A stretch of DNA of 64,000 nucleotides from assembly GCA_964654325.1 (NCBI GenBank), contig CAZZJF010000001.1, positions 6,606 to 70,605 of the forward strand, in the 5' to 3' direction. This document shows positions 40,090-49,041 of the stretch, in pieces. How positions within the stretch are numbered: position 1 is the stretch's first letter; the number at the start of each line of letters is the position of its first letter. Both the position numbers and the translations under genes were made by a program. The stretch comes from an uncultured Ferruginibacter sp. GTDB taxonomy: Bacteria > Bacteroidota > Bacteroidia > Chitinophagales > Chitinophagaceae. The notes below the pieces were generated by a model. The model saw only the letters and a program-made list of their open reading frames with translations, searched no databases and was not told the origin of the DNA.

Positions 40090-41436
40090 ATGCTTGCCGC
40101 TCGTTTCATAATATTTTCTTTAGGCGTTTTGCTAACCATTCTGGTATTCCCCTTGGGTGTACTTGCGCAGTCATTTGAGTATCTTGAAAAGGACACCTAT
40201 TTAAAACCACCCCGAAAAATAGCCGGTATTTATTTTTTGCAGGGAACCCCTGTCAAACTGAATAGCAATAAAGAGGTAGTCATTGGTACATTAAGGGAAG
40301 ACACCTATCTCTATCCACAAGGAAGCATGAGTGGTAATTATTTCAAAGCCGGAAGTGAGGTGGAGTTTAATGCGCAGGGAGATGTTGTTCGAGGTTCATT
40401 AGCAAAGGAACAATACCTGATACCAAACGGCAGTATGTCGGGACAATATTTCATGCCTAACTGCGTAATAACCTTCAATAGCAAAGGCGAAGTATTGCGG
40501 GGGGTCTTATCCAAAAAAGCATACCTGTTTCCGGTAGGTGCAATGAGCGGTCTTTATTTCAAAGCAGGTTGTGCAATTGATTTTTCTGCGAAAGGCGAAG
40601 TCCTGCGAGGCGTGCTGGATGAGCGAAGCTACCTGTTTCCCCAGGGATCAATGACAGGAAAATATTATGAAGCAGGGACTTGGATTGAATTCAACAAAAA
40701 AGAAGTGGTTCAGGCCATACCCCGAAAATGTGATTTCGAAACCTCTATCTTTAAACTGGAAATTGCCAGTCAGCTTCAACAACTTAACGACATCATCAAC
40801 GGCGTCAATACGAACTATGATAAAACAGTTTTGAATGTTTTGCAACGGAACGACTGGAGCAACTGCCTGGCTGTCGTAGATGTTACAGCCAGCATGTATC
40901 CCTATGTCGCCCAAATTTACATGTGGCTGCGGCTGAATCAAGCAAAAAACAGAACCCGCTACTTTGTATTTTTTAATGATGGTGACGGCAAAAGCGATCA
41001 CCTGAAGAAAATGGGAGCCGTTGGCGGCTTGTACGGCATACAACCTAGAAATTTGGACTTATTATTAAATACAATGGCGATTGCGATGAAGAACGGTAAC
41101 GGGGGCGATTCACCCGAAAACGATATTGAAGCAATGATCTATGGTATGAATAAATGTAGCGAATGCACGAATATTATACATATTGCTGATCACAACACCT
41201 CACCAAGAGATATTTCCCTGCTCTCTAGTGTTCGTGTACCCGTTCACGTAATTTCTTGCGGCAATAAAACTGATGCCAACCCTGACTTGATCAACATTGC
41301 ATACAAAACAGGAGGAACGTTTCATACTATTGAAGAGGATATTATCCAATTATCTTCCATGGCCGAGGGTGATATCATCACGATTGGCGGAAAAACCTAT
41401 ATTCTTTCCGGAGGCTCAATCCGGTTAACCCGATAA
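40090..41436 (+). CDS. Exported protein: five 36-aa repeats plus C-terminal vWA-like domain
   Basis: Signal peptide; repeats; VVDVTASM MIDAS-like motif, FFNDGD, GGDSPENDIEA, IAYKTGG. Confidence 0.8.
   Translation: MLAARFIIFSLGVLLTILVFPLGVLAQSFEYLEKDTYLKPPRKIAGIYFLQGTPVKLNSNKEVVIGTLREDTYLYPQGSMSGNYFKAGSEVEFNAQGDVVRGSLAKEQYLIPNGSMSGQYFMPNCVITFNSKGEVLRGVLSKKAYLFPVGAMSGLYFKAGCAIDFSAKGEVLRGVLDERSYLFPQGSMTGKYYEAGTWIEFNKKEVVQAIPRKCDFETSIFKLEIASQLQQLNDIINGVNTNYDKTVLNVLQRNDWSNCLAVVDVTASMYPYVAQIYMWLRLNQAKNRTRYFVFFNDGDGKSDHLKKMGAVGGLYGIQPRNLDLLLNTMAIAMKNGNGGDSPENDIEAMIYGMNKCSECTNIIHIADHNTSPRDISLLSSVRVPVHVISCGNKTDANPDLINIAYKTGGTFHTIEEDIIQLSSMAEGDIITIGGKTYILSGGSIRLTR
40183..40720 (+). repeat. Five intragenic 108-bp (36-aa) repeats
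   Basis: YLxP begins at aa 37, 73, 109, 145 and 181; consensus L....YL.P.G.MSG.YF.AG..I.F...GEV..G. Confidence 0.85.
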
Positions 41437-41446
41437 ATTTCAAATT

Positions 41447-42160
41447 ATGTTTAATCATGTTGCCATTTCCGTATTACTCGTAACCATCTTTTCGTTGAAG
41501 GCGATTTCACAAACAAGCGACCAGGAATTACTGGCAAACGCCGAACATGCCCTGCTAAACTATCAAAACTGCGAAGCAACCGAGGGGAATCTCCGTAAAG
41601 TCAGTGCGTCTGGCCGAACGCAACCTGTGTTCCTGTTACTGAAAGGAAAGTATGCAGAAAACTGTCAGAAAAACACCGATTCAGCGCTTTATTATTACAA
41701 CCTCTACTTACAGAAAATGCCGTCTGATCAGCAGATACAAGCTGCATACAATGCCCTGATTCAAAAAAAGAACGATGAAGCAAAAAAGAGAGACTGCGAC
41801 TTGTGTAAGGGCACCGGATTTAACGATTGGCCCGAAACCTGTAACGCATGCAATGGCAAAAGATATACCGGCACAGAAACATGCAGCAAATGCGAGGGAA
41901 GCGGCAAACGGGATTGTACGTTCTGTGAAGAAGGCATCAACAAATGCCGACCATGTTCCGGATCCGGCTATAACAGCAATAATTATCCTTGCAGCAACTG
42001 TTCCGGCCAAGGAGGCTTTAACTGTTCCGTTTGTAAAGGTATTGGCACTCGCGGTCAGTGTCATTACTGCTGGGGTAAAGGGAAAAAAGATGTCCGATGC
42101 AGTCGTTGTGAAGGAATGGGCAGCTTCAATGTTCGCAAAAAATGCACCTTCCATCCCTGA
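41447..42160 (+). CDS. Exported TPR-like protein with DnaJ-type Cys-rich region
   Basis: Signal peptide; helical N-half; 9 CxxC plus terminal CxxH, most followed by xGxG. Confidence 0.8.
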   Translation: MFNHVAISVLLVTIFSLKAISQTSDQELLANAEHALLNYQNCEATEGNLRKVSASGRTQPVFLLLKGKYAENCQKNTDSALYYYNLYLQKMPSDQQIQAAYNALIQKKNDEAKKRDCDLCKGTGFNDWPETCNACNGKRYTGTETCSKCEGSGKRDCTFCEEGINKCRPCSGSGYNSNNYPCSNCSGQGGFNCSVCKGIGTRGQCHYCWGKGKKDVRCSRCEGMGSFNVRKKCTFHP

Positions 42161-42186
42161 GTAGAAAAGCGGGCGTTTAAAAAAAC

Positions 42187-42952
42187 TCATTTCTCCGTTA
42201 CACCAATAATCACACTGAAAGGACCTCCGGTTTGCTCCCAATCCAATGATGGACAATAAGACTGTGAAATCGCTCCATCCAGATAAAGGGCGTTTACACA
42301 TCCTAATGCCTTGAAATGATTCGCGAAATCATAAAAATTGACCGGACGCTTCGACATACTGAACACCACCGTGTTATCAAGTCTAACGCCTACCCCATTA
42401 CGAATATTGATATTGGATGACCCGTTTACAAACTGAGTATTAATCTGCCTATCAATCAACAGCATGGGCCCTGACTGAATCGCGTATGTCATAGAAGCGG
42501 TTTGCTTAAAGGATCCGGTTTTGACAATACCGGCCTTGTTATCTTTTGTAATGTAAAAAACACCATTCGGTTGTACATAAAAGTTGCCGTATCCATTTCG
42601 TTTATTCAATGGTGTTTGTACGTTATGATCCTGTATGAATAATCCTAGCGGCGTTAGATCTTCCTGAAAAATACCACCAGACTGCATACAACAGGTTGAT
42701 TTGTTGCTTGGCAAGCTCCTCTTTGACCGTTCCGATCCGTTTGTAATGGTCGCCACGACTGTTTTTCCAAAAGAACCGAACAAGGTGTTGTTGAAGATCG
42801 ACCTTGTAGGTAATATAATCAGGATCTGCCGATTGAATAGTGGATGCATCCTCACTATTCGGTGACCCAAATGATAGACGTGATGACTTTTCCGACTGAT
42901 CACAAGCCATCAGCGATAGAATCGTCATAACATAAATAAACGGGTATCGCAT
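42187..42952 (-). pseudogene. Phosphodiester glycosidase (NAGPA/DUF2233/YigE-like) lipoprotein with a 2-nt deletion
   Basis: The lipoprotein ORF ...INLLYAV switches frame to GGIFQEDLTPLGLFI...GNFYVQPNGVF...QSGPML...RNGVG...ALYLDG. Restoring AA between 42679 and 42680 gives YAVNGGIF. Confidence 0.85.
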
Positions 42953-42962
42953 GGTCTTGGCT

Positions 42963-43547
42963 TTAAGGCTGAATGACCACTTGTGTACCGACATTAATAT
43001 ACTGATAAAGATCCTGCATTTCAGTGTACTTGAGTGAAATACAACCATCGGTCCAATTGTAGTTGTAGTCAACCGCCCACTCCTCGGTAGGTCGGGTTCC
43101 GTGAATGGCGATGCCGTTGCCGATTTTAGCTTTTTTGGGTATCACCCCGGCTGCCTTGCGTTGTTCAAATAAAGTATAGTTGGTTGCATTGGGATAATCA
43201 AGCAGCAATTGCGGGCCCCACTTTTTACTGACCGTTTTGAGGATAATCGTGTAGGATCCGTTGGGGGTTCGTTTGTCACCCTCAAATAATTTGTCTCCCA
43301 TATCCTTGCTGCCAAAAACAACCGGATAGGTAGCAAACCAGCCCAGGCTGTCATATACTTTCAGTTCCATATCACTTTTATCTATGACAATCCGATATCC
43401 GGAACGAACCGAATCGTTCATTAATCGCTTTTCAGAAGCGAAGGACGGTGGATTGCTGATGGCCAGACACATGATCAACAAACAACAACCACCTACGGTG
43501 AAAAGGGTATTTTTCAAGTATTTTTTTTGGGAGAGCTTGGTGCGCAT
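42963..43547 (-). CDS. L,D-transpeptidase (YkuD family)
   Basis: IVIDKS, GDKRTPNG, IAIHGT, NWTDGCISL. Confidence 0.9.
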   Translation of the reverse strand: MRTKLSQKKYLKNTLFTVGGCCLLIMCLAISNPPSFASEKRLMNDSVRSGYRIVIDKSDMELKVYDSLGWFATYPVVFGSKDMGDKLFEGDKRTPNGSYTIILKTVSKKWGPQLLLDYPNATNYTLFEQRKAAGVIPKKAKIGNGIAIHGTRPTEEWAVDYNYNWTDGCISLKYTEMQDLYQYINVGTQVVIQP

Positions 43548-44542
43548 AAAAAAAGAAAAGGGGCCATGGGTTTTCCAAAAATAAAAATCAAACCGTTAAG
43601 AAAAAAGTAAATACCCGAACGAGACGATCGCCGGGTGGTATCATAGTAGCCGGATTCTATGCAAAGTTGCCAACCCTGTTTTTCAAAAAGCTGTTGATAA
43701 TATTGCAATGGTAACAATCGTTCTGTCCAGCTCCCGGTAACGGGGTCACAGGTGTTATACGGATCCTCGGGTGGCGTCAGTAGAGAGCCATTATACAAAT
43801 AACAATCCACCGCTTTTTGTACATCTACCAGCGTTAAACCACGTGTGCGTCCAACCCAGTCGCTCAATGCCGGTTCTTCAAACCACTGTTTTAAAAACGA
43901 GGCCCGTGTACTTCGATATCCGGGATGGGAAGGTTCCCCCTTGGTGGGATCGCCCGAAAAGCCTTCCCATTCATCGCGGTGCTGTTGCCGGCGAATAGAC
44001 CGACACTTGACTCTATTGACAGGATTAGCTGCTGTTGTAAAACAACATACCACCGCAGGATGTAATTGCTTCACGGATGCCAGAAAAAAATCAAGATCAT
44101 AGATATGCTCGATCACATCCGCGCCCACCACGGCTTGCACTGGAAACGGCCGATCAACCGGGAGAACAGATAGATTGGTGCCTTCGACAAAAACACATTG
44201 ATCGAGATCAAGTGCATTGGCGAGGTTACAGGCCGCCTCCACAAAATCAGCCTGCGCATCCAGCAAGGTAATATGTCCAAAACCACAATACCGGGCAAAT
44301 AACCCCAGGAGCCCGTTTCCGCAACCAACATCCAGTAAGCCGAGCTGTTCTTTGGGAGCGTCCGTGCGGGCCAAAACCCGTTCCAGCATATCAGCATAAA
44401 TAGTCAGGTAATAGCGGGCGTGTTGTTGCAGGTAGGTAAAATAACCCGAGGCATGTTTGTGCGCACTGACCCTGGTCGGATCCAACTGTTGGATTCGCTG
44501 TTGAAAAGCCGGTATATATGCCGATAATGGCCGCGCTGACAT
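43514..44542 (-). CDS. Class I SAM-dependent methyltransferase
   Basis: [17 protein letters not shown]. Confidence 0.8.
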   Translation of the reverse strand: MSARPLSAYIPAFQQRIQQLDPTRVSAHKHASGYFTYLQQHARYYLTIYADMLERVLARTDAPKEQLGLLDVGCGNGLLGLFARYCGFGHITLLDAQADFVEAACNLANALDLDQCVFVEGTNLSVLPVDRPFPVQAVVGADVIEHIYDLDFFLASVKQLHPAVVCCFTTAANPVNRVKCRSIRRQQHRDEWEGFSGDPTKGEPSHPGYRSTRASFLKQWFEEPALSDWVGRTRGLTLVDVQKAVDCYLYNGSLLTPPEDPYNTCDPVTGSWTERLLPLQYYQQLFEKQGWQLCIESGYYDTTRRSSRSGIYFFLNGLIFIFGKPMAPFLFLCAPSSPKKNT

Positions 44543-44634
44543 GGTGCTGCAATATTACGGAATCCGGAGCGCCAAGGCATTGGTTCAGGATAATCCATCC
44601 ACTAAACAATCTGTACCTTTACGAAAAAACGGAT

Positions 44635-45831
44635 ATGAACACTGCGTTTGTAGCACGCATACAACAAGAACTTACTGAAATTGAAGCAGCCGGGCTCATG
44701 AAGCGCGAGCGGATCATTGCCAGTGAACAAGGACCGGAGATCCTGGTGAATGGTCAAACGGTGCTTAATTTTTGTGCTAATAATTACCTCGGACTGTCAT
44801 CACACCCCAACGTCGTGGAGGCCGCCAAGCGCTATGTTGATCAGCGGGGATTTGGAATGAGCAGTGTACGTTTCATTTGTGGTACGCAGGACATCCACAA
44901 AACATTGGAGAAGAAGCTGGCCGATTTTCTGGAAACCGAGGATACCATTCTTTATGCGGCAGCCTTTGATGCCAACGGTGGCGTTTTTGAACCCTTATTC
45001 AATGAAGAAGATGCCATCATCAGTGATTCACTGAATCATGCGTCTATCATCGACGGCATCCGCTTATGTAAGGCACAGCGTTACCGCTATGCTCATAACG
45101 ACATGCAAGACCTGGAAGAGAAACTCAAAGAGACACAATCCCTGCGAAGCCGCATCATTGTAACCGATGGTTCATTCAGTATGGACGGCACGATTGCCCA
45201 ACTAGATAAAATATGTGATTTAGCAGACCGCTATGATGCTATTGTGATGATTGACGAGTGCCATTCGTCGGGGTTTTTAGGAAAAACAGGACGAGGCACA
45301 CATGAATACCGCAACGTCATGGGGCGGGTAGATATCATTACCGGCACCCTAGGAAAAGCGCTGGGAGGTGCCAGCGGCGGTTTCACCTCTGGCAAAAAAG
45401 AAATCATTGAAATGCTCCGGCAACGCAGTCGCCCATACCTGTTCAGTAATACGTTGGCACCAAGTATTGTGGGGGCGTCTATAGCCGTTTTGGATATGCT
45501 CTCCGAAACCACTGAACTCCGCGATAAACTGGAGTACAATACGCGGTACTTCCGTGAAAAAATGACTGCGCATGGCTTTGACATCAAACCGGGTGACCAT
45601 CCGATTGTTCCGATCATGCTATATGATGCGGTACTCGCTCAATCATTTGCCACACGTTTACTTGAGGAAGGCATTTACGTGATTGGCTTCTTTTATCCGG
45701 TAGTAGCCAAAGGACAGGCCCGTATCCGGGTTCAGCTCAGCGCTGCCCATACACAAGAACACTTAGATCGTGCCATTGAGGCCTTTGCGCGGGTGGGTGC
45801 CGAACTGGGTGTCATCTCTCCAATTAAATAA
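44635..45831 (+). CDS. kbl: Glycine C-acetyltransferase (2-amino-3-ketobutyrate CoA ligase)
   Basis: [50 protein letters not shown]. Confidence 0.97.
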   Translation: MNTAFVARIQQELTEIEAAGLMKRERIIASEQGPEILVNGQTVLNFCANNYLGLSSHPNVVEAAKRYVDQRGFGMSSVRFICGTQDIHKTLEKKLADFLETEDTILYAAAFDANGGVFEPLFNEEDAIISDSLNHASIIDGIRLCKAQRYRYAHNDMQDLEEKLKETQSLRSRIIVTDGSFSMDGTIAQLDKICDLADRYDAIVMIDECHSSGFLGKTGRGTHEYRNVMGRVDIITGTLGKALGGASGGFTSGKKEIIEMLRQRSRPYLFSNTLAPSIVGASIAVLDMLSETTELRDKLEYNTRYFREKMTAHGFDIKPGDHPIVPIMLYDAVLAQSFATRLLEEGIYVIGFFYPVVAKGQARIRVQLSAAHTQEHLDRAIEAFARVGAELGVISPIK

Positions 45832-45838
45832 TAACAAT

Positions 45839-46903
45839 ATGATCAAACCATTCATTTGCCTGGCTGTATTGCTCTCGTCAATAGTCGTTCCCGGATCCGC
45901 CCAAAGCAACCGTGATCTTCCGGTTGTATATGCAGAAGGTGGTCAAGGTACACGAGTGGATTATCGAAAAAAAGGAAGCCGCCATGATGAAGAAGGGCCT
46001 TACGCTGACTCCTACTTTACAAATGGCTGTGATCACGGAAACATTGCCTTACGGGCAACAAAAGCCAGCTCCACCCTATCGCCCCAAGGCAAAAATTCAT
46101 ACACAATCAAAAACCTCACCGATTACAGTCCGCTTACCGCTTGGGTTGAGGGCGTTGAAGGCTATGGCATTGGTTCCTTTTTTGAAGTGGTTTGTAACAA
46201 TGTGAATACTATTTTCAACGGCTACCAGTCTTCCCCGCAAAACTGGCTAAAAAACTCGCGGGTCAAAACATTTAAAATCTACATGGATAATCGTCCGCTC
46301 TGTCTTTTACAACTTACCGATGAGATGGGCGAGCAGCGATTTGAGCTTCCCATCGAAAACGACTGGGACGCATCTCATTTATTCCGGTTTGAAATCCTGG
46401 ATGTATACCCGGGATCAACATGGGATGATGTATGTATATCTGAAATCGGAAACCAGGGTTGCTGTATTTTAGCGAGCACGTTTGATCAATATGCCACTGA
46501 CAATACCGTAATGGGCTATGATCAAACAACCAATGCCTTTGAGACGGCCACTATCGATCAATTGACTACCCGTATTCATTTCACTTTGCTAGACATTCAG
46601 GCTGGTGATAATCGTATTCAAATAACAGAAGATCATCCGTTGTTCATACAGGGATTTGGCCCCATGTCTCTGCTTCAATTGAAAAGTATCTGCCAAACCA
46701 GTTCCTATGATGCGTTAGCGGCGGATGGCGTTTATGTGTTGTGCGGAGACGCTAAAAACAAGCCGATTTATACGCGCATTGAAACGATCCGTATCATAAA
46801 AGGCCGTTTTAACACCAAAACCATTCGCGCATTAAATCGGGGGGAGTCCTACCTGATGAGCGGTTTTTTACACCCGGTCCGAAACATTCAAAAATCCAAC
46901 TGA
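45839..46903 (+). CDS. Exported discoidin-like (NADase-type) glycan-binding domain fused to a degenerate Hint domain
   Basis: Signal peptide; TAWVEG..G.GIG, NGYQ..NSRVK, FEILDVYPG..WDDVCISEI; then G-CC, ITEDHPLF and terminal beta strands. Confidence 0.65.
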   Translation: MIKPFICLAVLLSSIVVPGSAQSNRDLPVVYAEGGQGTRVDYRKKGSRHDEEGPYADSYFTNGCDHGNIALRATKASSTLSPQGKNSYTIKNLTDYSPLTAWVEGVEGYGIGSFFEVVCNNVNTIFNGYQSSPQNWLKNSRVKTFKIYMDNRPLCLLQLTDEMGEQRFELPIENDWDASHLFRFEILDVYPGSTWDDVCISEIGNQGCCILASTFDQYATDNTVMGYDQTTNAFETATIDQLTTRIHFTLLDIQAGDNRIQITEDHPLFIQGFGPMSLLQLKSICQTSSYDALAADGVYVLCGDAKNKPIYTRIETIRIIKGRFNTKTIRALNRGESYLMSGFLHPVRNIQKSN

Positions 46904-46904
46904 T

Positions 46905-47612
46905 ATGCACAGAATACTGATAGGCCTGCTGATAACCATCGTCTTCGCAAGCTGTGGCGAGAATCCCAACGACAAAATGATTGTCGGACGATGGAAAAGT
47001 GTATCCTGGCTGGCGGATGGAAGGCCAAAGAACATCAAGATTGATGGTGTGTTCTTTGCGTTCGACTCGCTCGGACAATATACGTTTTGGCAACCAGGCA
47101 ACACGGAGGAAGGAACATATAAAATTGAAAAAAACATGTTGTTTACCAAGGCCAAGGGACAACAGGAAATGATGGTGAAAATTGAACTGCTCACCCTGGA
47201 CAGCTTGGTGCTTGGCATGAATAATGGCGGAACTCCCGAAAAGTTAACCCTGATCAGACATGCCGAACAGCCAGGCAAAATATCCGGTGAAAACAACACA
47301 TACCTCCAGCTCGCTGATAATGGAACCTATCGGCTCAAACCCGGACAACGGGCACAAATCAAGGTGTACGAAAACACATCAACCGGCGCATACTGGCAAG
47401 TATTGAAACCAACCGACTCCGCCATCATCCGAATGCATAGTGATGATTACATACCGGAAAGTAATGATCCCGGAATCGTCGGCGCCGGAGGAACACGCAT
47501 TTATACCATTGAGGCTATGCGCAGTGGAAAAGACAGCCTGGTATTATTTCATGGACGCGAATGGGAACCCGACTCCTGGTCGTTCAGTCGCTACCTGATT
47601 GTGGTTGAATGA
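46905..47612 (+). CDS. Lipoprotein: lipocalin-like domain plus chagasin (I42) protease-inhibitor domain
   Basis: FASC lipobox; IVGRWK lipocalin start; ENTSTGAYW, VGAGG, GREWE chagasin loops. Confidence 0.75.
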   Translation: MHRILIGLLITIVFASCGENPNDKMIVGRWKSVSWLADGRPKNIKIDGVFFAFDSLGQYTFWQPGNTEEGTYKIEKNMLFTKAKGQQEMMVKIELLTLDSLVLGMNNGGTPEKLTLIRHAEQPGKISGENNTYLQLADNGTYRLKPGQRAQIKVYENTSTGAYWQVLKPTDSAIIRMHSDDYIPESNDPGIVGAGGTRIYTIEAMRSGKDSLVLFHGREWEPDSWSFSRYLIVVE

Positions 47613-48249
47613 GCTGTTTCATCCTACGACGGGCGCTTATATACAAATACCACTCCGCGACAGCAACATTGAAAATCCACCCCCACCACGCCACAAACCG
47701 GTAAACATCCATGGGTGGCCAATCGGCCATATTCATGATGCCAAATTTCCAGGCACGCAACGTGAGGGCTGAAAGTGTAAGCGCAAAACTGCGAATCATC
47801 CACTGACGGTGTTGTTTGAATTGTTTCTTAACAGCCGTTTGCCACGCTTTCATTGTTGTGATCAACCAAAGAACAGCCAGCAGAACGAAGGCGGTTTGAG
47901 AGGAAAGTCCACCATTGGCATATAAACCCATAACCAACCCCGAAGGCGCCGCAACGAAAAGAATTGTACAGATATAAACATAACCGATGAACCGATGCAC
48001 CCGCGGATAGGTACGGAGCAGGGTGTTTGAAAATTGGGTGAACCCAGCCAACAACGTGAACATACTGGTATAAACATGAATAAAAAAAGCGAAGCGCCAA
48101 TGCGCGATCCCAATAAAATCTTGCTTGATACGAAGAAAGGCTACATCCGTTTGATATGGAATATATTGCCAGGTAATGCGAAGCATCAGAAAACAGAAAA
48201 ACAGGTATGTGACAATCAATAAATAATCGATATATTTGAAAGACTTCAT
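47584..48249 (-). CDS. DUF2306-like membrane protein
   Basis: FFIHV, HRFIGYVY, HRQWMIRSFALTLSALTLR. Confidence 0.82.
   Translation of the reverse strand: MKSFKYIDYLLIVTYLFFCFLMLRITWQYIPYQTDVAFLRIKQDFIGIAHWRFAFFIHVYTSMFTLLAGFTQFSNTLLRTYPRVHRFIGYVYICTILFVAAPSGLVMGLYANGGLSSQTAFVLLAVLWLITTMKAWQTAVKKQFKQHRQWMIRSFALTLSALTLRAWKFGIMNMADWPPMDVYRFVAWWGWIFNVAVAEWYLYISARRRMKQLIQPQSGSD
48231..48238 (+). promoter_or_regulatory. -7 element for the YARHG gene, located inside the DUF2306 coding sequence
   Basis: TATATTTG, exact match. Confidence 0.45.
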
Positions 48250-48270
48250 TGTTAATGGCCACTAAACAAC

Positions 48271-49041
48271 ATGTATATGCGCAACACACTCATCAGCTCA
48301 CTGGCTCTTTTTTTATTATGTGCCTGTGGCGGGAAAGATACTAATAAAGATGATGTAAACGGTTCCTCCGACAATACAGGTCAACCCAATCAGTTGGATG
48401 CAGAGACCATCGCGGCACAGCAAAACGCAGTCATTGGTTCTTATGTGGGTTATTTTGGCGAAGCGATGATTGATAACAAGATCACGCTATTGATCAACAA
48501 ATGTGAAAACGGCACCGTTAGCGGCCGATCGATTGTTGGCGGCAATGACCGGCCATTCGAAGGTGTTTTTAAAAACGAAAACGGGTTGATCAAAATAGAG
48601 GCCGATGAACCCGGAGATAATCGCTATGATGGTCACTTCTCGATTATTGCCGACCCTGCAACGCCTCATACCATCATGGGTAACTGGAAACCCTTTCAAA
48701 ACACAACAAACCCCAAGAGCTATCGACTTGAACGCAAATCCTTCGTGTATGATCAATCGGTTGGTACGTACCCCGAAGCATCCCAACGATTGTTGAACAC
48801 CGCCGATGTGGAAAATATGACCAAGAGTGAGCTGTCTTATATGCGTAACGAGATTTTTGCCAGACATGGCTATTGTTTTCAAAAAAAAGAATGGCGAAGC
48901 ATGTTTGAAATTGACGACTGGTATGTACCCAACACCGCATCCATTAAAAACCTGCTAACCCCGATTGAAAAGAAAAATATTGCATTGATCCTACGGTATG
49001 AAGAATACGCTACAGAATATGGTGATGAGTATGGCCGCTAA
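48271..49041 (+). CDS. YARHG-domain lipoprotein
   Basis: LCAC lipobox; LSYMRNEIFARHGYCF...F....WY.P, LTPIEKKNI. Confidence 0.9.
   Translation: MYMRNTLISSLALFLLCACGGKDTNKDDVNGSSDNTGQPNQLDAETIAAQQNAVIGSYVGYFGEAMIDNKITLLINKCENGTVSGRSIVGGNDRPFEGVFKNENGLIKIEADEPGDNRYDGHFSIIADPATPHTIMGNWKPFQNTTNPKSYRLERKSFVYDQSVGTYPEASQRLLNTADVENMTKSELSYMRNEIFARHGYCFQKKEWRSMFEIDDWYVPNTASIKNLLTPIEKKNIALILRYEEYATEYGDEYGR

Noticed and set aside
40183-40720. Periodic DNA as a CRISPR array
   Set aside because: Period is 108 bp with codon-position divergence and no repeat/spacer alternation; no cas genes
41708-42301. 197-aa - strand Ala/Thr-rich ORF and 129-aa + strand alternative frame
   Set aside because: By-products of TGC/TGT-rich codons in the Cys-rich gene
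44518-44634. N-terminal extension of kbl overlapping the methyltransferase start
   Set aside because: ATG 44635 matches the normal Kbl start
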